A stretch of 63,598 bases of DNA, the filler included, from Lenisia limosa (Eukaryota > Protista > Breviatea), in NCBI GenBank assembly GCA_001655205.1. It is 13 parts of 13 records of this genome, joined end to end, with 100 filler letters (N's around TTAATTAATTAA, not from the genome) between each part and the next. Parts side by side here need not be neighbours in the genome. Positions count along the whole stretch, not along the records: positions 59,133 to 60,778 come from LPNZ01005626.1; positions 60,879 to 62,333 come from LPNZ01004348.1; positions 62,434 to 63,598 come from LPNZ01002324.1; 10 more parts are not named here. One strand, 5' to 3'. The first letter of the stretch is position 1; every line of letters begins with the position of its first letter. Below the pieces are notes generated by a model. The model saw nothing but the letters and a program-made list of their open reading frames with translations. It ran no database searches and was not told the DNA's origin. The position numbers were made by a program, and so were the translations under genes. Shown in pieces: positions 59,712 through 63,598 of the stretch.

Positions 59712-62700
59712 GCCCAAGACACCTCTCAGACCTACCCCTCTCCCACCAACTCGCCAAGAGAGCCCCAAAGAGAGGGGTCATCTTCAATGCCGGTCCCCTC
59801 GCTTAGGCTACAAGTGGGTGTAACAAAATAGGACGTATAAATACGTATCACTCTTTGAGTCATTTTCATTAGGGCTTCACTTCGGTTCGAAAAAAAACTG
59901 AATTTCTCGATAAATCCTCGAAAACTATCGATATTTTACCGGACTTTTTTGAACCGAAGTGAAGCAGTTGATACCCCAAATCCACTCGTGTTTCTCTTGT
60001 CTTTGTAGAAATAACCACATACATAGGTCCCACCACCAAACTAATAAAGATATAGTTAGTATACATAGTGACCGGGATATTTTCCTTGGGGAAATCACAG
60101 CCAATCGGTCAAGACTTATCCCGGTCACTGTATCATATTATACTTCCATGTCATATATCTTTTTTTTATATTTAATGATGGCTATCCAAATAACCGGGAG
60201 ACAGAAAGGACTTATCCCGGTCACTATATTATGTATACTATAACTATATATTTATTAGTTTGGTGGTGGGACCTATGTATGTGGTTATTTCTACATTGAC
60301 TAAGTAGAGATGCATAAGCTGGTTCATGCTTATTTCTCATTGCTCTATGTTTATGAGTTATACTGACCGTACTTGGAGGGAAAGAGGGCTTTTCATAGTT
60401 TGTCGAAATGTTATTCCCTTATGAATAATTAGTATCCCTCTTCTTCATAAGCATTCTGAGTCAATGCGCCATAGTGTGGTTCTACATTTGATATTGTTTG
60501 TCGAAATGCTATTACGACGCAGGTCCCCACGACCAAACTTGAGAAGATGAAGGGGCTGACTATTTCGTCCGGCTGTCTCCCGCTCAACGAGTCAAACTTG
60601 GAAATGAGCATCACAAAGTGGGGGGAGGGGGATAAGGTGTGCTAGGGAGGCATGAAGAAAGCTGTGTGCACAGATTTGTAAGGCAAATGATTGGGGGAAT
60701 TAGCGTGATGGATACAACCTTGTTTTCTTCCCCATATCTATAAAATCCAAGATCTCTTAGAAGCGTGATGGTGTGGACNNNNNNNNNNNNNNNNNNNNNN
60801 NNNNNNNNNNNNNNNNNNNNNNTTAATTAATTAANNNNNNNNNNNNNNNNNNNNNNNNNNNNNNNNNNNNNNNNNNNNTGAGGATGGATTATTTGTGAGG
60901 ATGGAGGGGTCGAAACATCGGTTTGGTTTGATAATGAATCCTAAGTCGATTTTGAGAAGGGGGAAAAAACAAGGCAAAATTGACGTGAATCACATCCAAT
61001 CCTACGCAAGCAAAGTATGGCGTGCTTCAGATATCTGAGACAACTTTCCCATTGAAACTTTAACATACCAGGGTACTCAGCCGCTGCCCTCAACCAAACA
61101 TCTGCAACCCTGCCCTTTAGCCCCCAGGTAAGATTATATTTAAGGCTCCGTATAATTAATTTTTTAAAGAAATTAATTGACACAATTTTCTCCAGAAGTC
61201 CCACTTCAAATTTTGAAATTATTTATATTTAATCTTCATATTATACGTTTTCGGTTCGAAAAAAGTCTGAATCCTCGATAAATGTCGATAAATGTCGATA
61301 TTTGACTGGTCTTTTGGAACCTAGTGTGAAACTCTTAATAAATAATAGGTTAGTCTTTTTCAGACCAGAGAAACCAGAGTAATAATGCTTCGAAATTTTT
61401 CATAGTTCCAATTCAACAAATACTTATCAAATCATATTATATTACTTTCTAGTTATGTCACCTCATACTTATTTTTGTTTTTATAAATTAAGAGGTGGGT
61501 GGGGGCAGTCACATTGGTACCATTATTATTGATCATAAATAACGCTTCAGAGTTCTTCGCACTTCCAACTCGACCAGATGGCTCGATCCATCAAGGAGGA
61601 AAACAACAGGGCAATTCACTCGTAAGTTGGACTTCATATCAATCCAAAATGGGCTGTGAGCTTTTTTTAAAAAAAAGAATAAATATATTCACATTTAAAA
61701 TCCAGAGAGAAATACATAGGCCCACCCACCATCGTCTTCCTCCTCCTCCCACCATCGTCTTCCTATTCTTGTTTAACTTGTCATTTTCATGTTCCTTGCT
61801 CTCGTCAGGCAGCTTGAGGGGCTACAGGAAGATGTCCATGCCCGAAACACTCATTACCTGCCCCCCCCCCCAGAGTTTTTTTTTTTCNNNNNNNNNNNNN
61901 NNNNNNNNNNNNNNNNNNNNNNNNNNNNNNNNNNNNNNNNNNNNNNNNNNNNNNNNNNNNNNNNNNNNNNNNNNNNCGTGATAGTACCTTTATGTCAATG
62001 TTCTTCATCGACATTTCCTTCGTTTAACCCTTCCCCCAGACAGCTTGAGGTGCTACAGGAAGAGGTCCATGCCGGGCTTTCCGATGTGTTCAATCGGACA
62101 ATGCAGGCCATCGAAGGCGCCCGGGGTGGGAGGGCTAATATTATGTATTAGTATCATATTTTTATGTATATATCAAGAGCAAATCGGTCAAGATCCCGGT
62201 CACTGTATATTATTTTTATATATGTTCTAGATATATAATTATATAGAATTGATATATAATTATGTAAAGGTGTGTGCGGTGGTCAGGGGAGAGGTGAATG
62301 AGATGAGAAGAATGGGAGAGGAGGTTGTATATGNNNNNNNNNNNNNNNNNNNNNNNNNNNNNNNNNNNNNNNNNNNNTTAATTAATTAANNNNNNNNNNN
62401 NNNNNNNNNNNNNNNNNNNNNNNNNNNNNNNNNGGGGGGGGGGGGAGGAGGTAAGATTATTGGTAGTACTATATATAATATACATTGACCGGGATAAGTC
62501 TTGACCGATTTACAATGTGGTTTCCCAAGGAAAACAGGTCAAGAATTTTCCAGTCGCGTATATATTATCACATGAGGTAATATTTGATATACTATTTTAT
62601 GGTGGGATTATGGCGGAAGGGATTTAAATGTAAATTGGAGGATTTTCATGTTTTTTTATTTGTTAGTGTCCTTTTTGTTGTTATCAACCCTTGTGTGTTG

Positions 62701-63508
62701 TCAGCCAACAGAGTTGATTTTGGGCTTTTTATTTTTCATTAATTTTGCAATTTAACCTTTACGCCTATATTCTTCATCGAAATTTCCTTCGTTTTACTCC
62801 CCTCCCCAGACAATCAGTAGCCTCCTCGCGATGGAGCGTGGCTCAGACCATGGTATGAGGGGGTTCCTGATGAGGGCATCATTACCATGGTGTTCACTTT
62901 ACTGACTATTATTAATAGGTCCTCAACGAATCTCTGTCCACTACTGCTCTTATTGCTCTCACTGCTCTCGGCCCGGGCTATTCGTAATGGGGGGTATGGC
63001 GCATAATTGTACATGTAGTAGTATCATATTTTGTGATTAATGCTAGACAAGATATGGGCAATATGGGATATTTGGGATATTTGTGTTGGAAGATAGGGAG
63101 GAATGGGGACAAGTCTTGGTGGTTAAGTTGTTTCATCAATGGGAATCCGGAGTAACAGATTGTTCAGAAAGACGACTCTTTTTGGAATGTAGGAAGCATA
63201 ACTGTCTATGTATATACATACATCACATATTGCTGTATGTATGTATGCTGGGGAGGCACGCAGAAAGCTGTGTGCACAGAGTTGTATAGTTCAATACTAT
63301 ATATAGACTTCAATATCTTAATCAGCGTCATTTTGTGGACGGCTGCGGCCAGATACAACCTTGTTTTTTTATTTTTTCATCTCTATATATCATATATCGA
63401 GAGAGTATATTCTAACATTTTAGATTCCACCCAGGAGCGCCCATTGACACTCTCATCAATTCCTCCAACTTCACCCTCACCATGCTTGCAACTGCTGCGG
63501 ACATACAG
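59712..63508 (+). CDS. Isolated exons of several unassigned genes on short contigs
   Basis: AG/GT-bounded exons at ~59712-59815, 60522-60617 (VPTTKLEKMKGLTISSGCLPLNESNLEMSIT), 61550-61621, 62040-62125, 62810-62852 and 63435-63508 (GAPIDTLINSSNFTLTMLATAADIQ). They are separated by spacers, so they are not one gene. Confidence 0.35.
59870..59965. mobile_element. MITE family A copy
   Basis: Same TIR and core; other right-end copies at 53356-53430, 54116-54183, 55765-55855, 59133-59190, 59230-59325 and 61243-61336; a degenerate copy at 17264-17332. Confidence 0.88.
60004..60295. mobile_element. Compound inverted-repeat element (family F) enclosing family B pieces
   Basis: TGTAGAAATAACCACATACATAGGTCCCACCACCAAACTAATAAA at 60004 and its exact reverse complement ending at 60295. 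Confidence 0.85.
62677..62809 (+). repeat. Intron 3' module D(+E), ending at the AG acceptor
   Basis: TTATCAACCCTTGTGTGTTGTCAGCCAACAGAGTTGATTTTGGGCTTTT..TTCATCGAAATTTCCTTCGTTTTACTCCCCTCCCCAG. Other D copies at 20634-20720(-), 21055-21135, 21852-21934, 24028-24086, 24349-24420, 24771-24877, 30978-31064, 55079-55155, 55432-55521 and 59660-59711. Confidence 0.88.
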
Positions 63509-63598
63509 GTTGGTTTGGGTCACTCTCCATTAAATTATGTCCAACTTCATCCTCCTCCCCTCTAGATTATTCGGTTCGTGACTAGTACCTTTACGCCA

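Overview
Draft-assembly window from an intron-rich unicellular eukaryote. The species cannot be determined from the sequence; the gene set is protist-like, possibly amoebozoan. Twelve ~100-nt spacers (N44-TTAATTAATTAA-N44) join contigs, and genes are cut off at them, so adjacency across a spacer is not evidence of synteny. Genes reconstructed by hand from spliced exons: SCAMP, legumain, a large Cys-rich type I surface protein, a CapA/PGA_cap-like metallophosphoesterase, a bacterial-type YeeE/YedE sulfur transporter, an axonemal-type dynein heavy chain fragment, a FERM protein, VPS8, a membrane class III nucleotidyl cyclase, a DENN+WD40 protein, a STIG1-like repeat GPI protein, ADAL/MAPDA and several unassigned fragments. 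A decayed LINE 3' end (RNase H + zinc finger + poly-A) is also present. The most striking signal is in the introns. Unrelated genes share two repeated intron modules that are almost always in the host's sense orientation. Module C often starts exactly at the GT donor and carries a UUCG-capped hairpin. Module D is a hairpin plus U-tract and C-run that ends at the AG acceptor. At least one intron is built from C through D end to end, which suggests an introner-like family of mobile or structured introns. On top of this are ~24 copies of a ~100-bp TA-flanked palindromic MITE and four other small inverted-repeat families. All of these repeats are absent from a 16-kb compartment with tiny introns. 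No prokaryotic features, rRNA, tRNA or CRISPR were found. Exon boundaries and copy counts are by eye and approximate.
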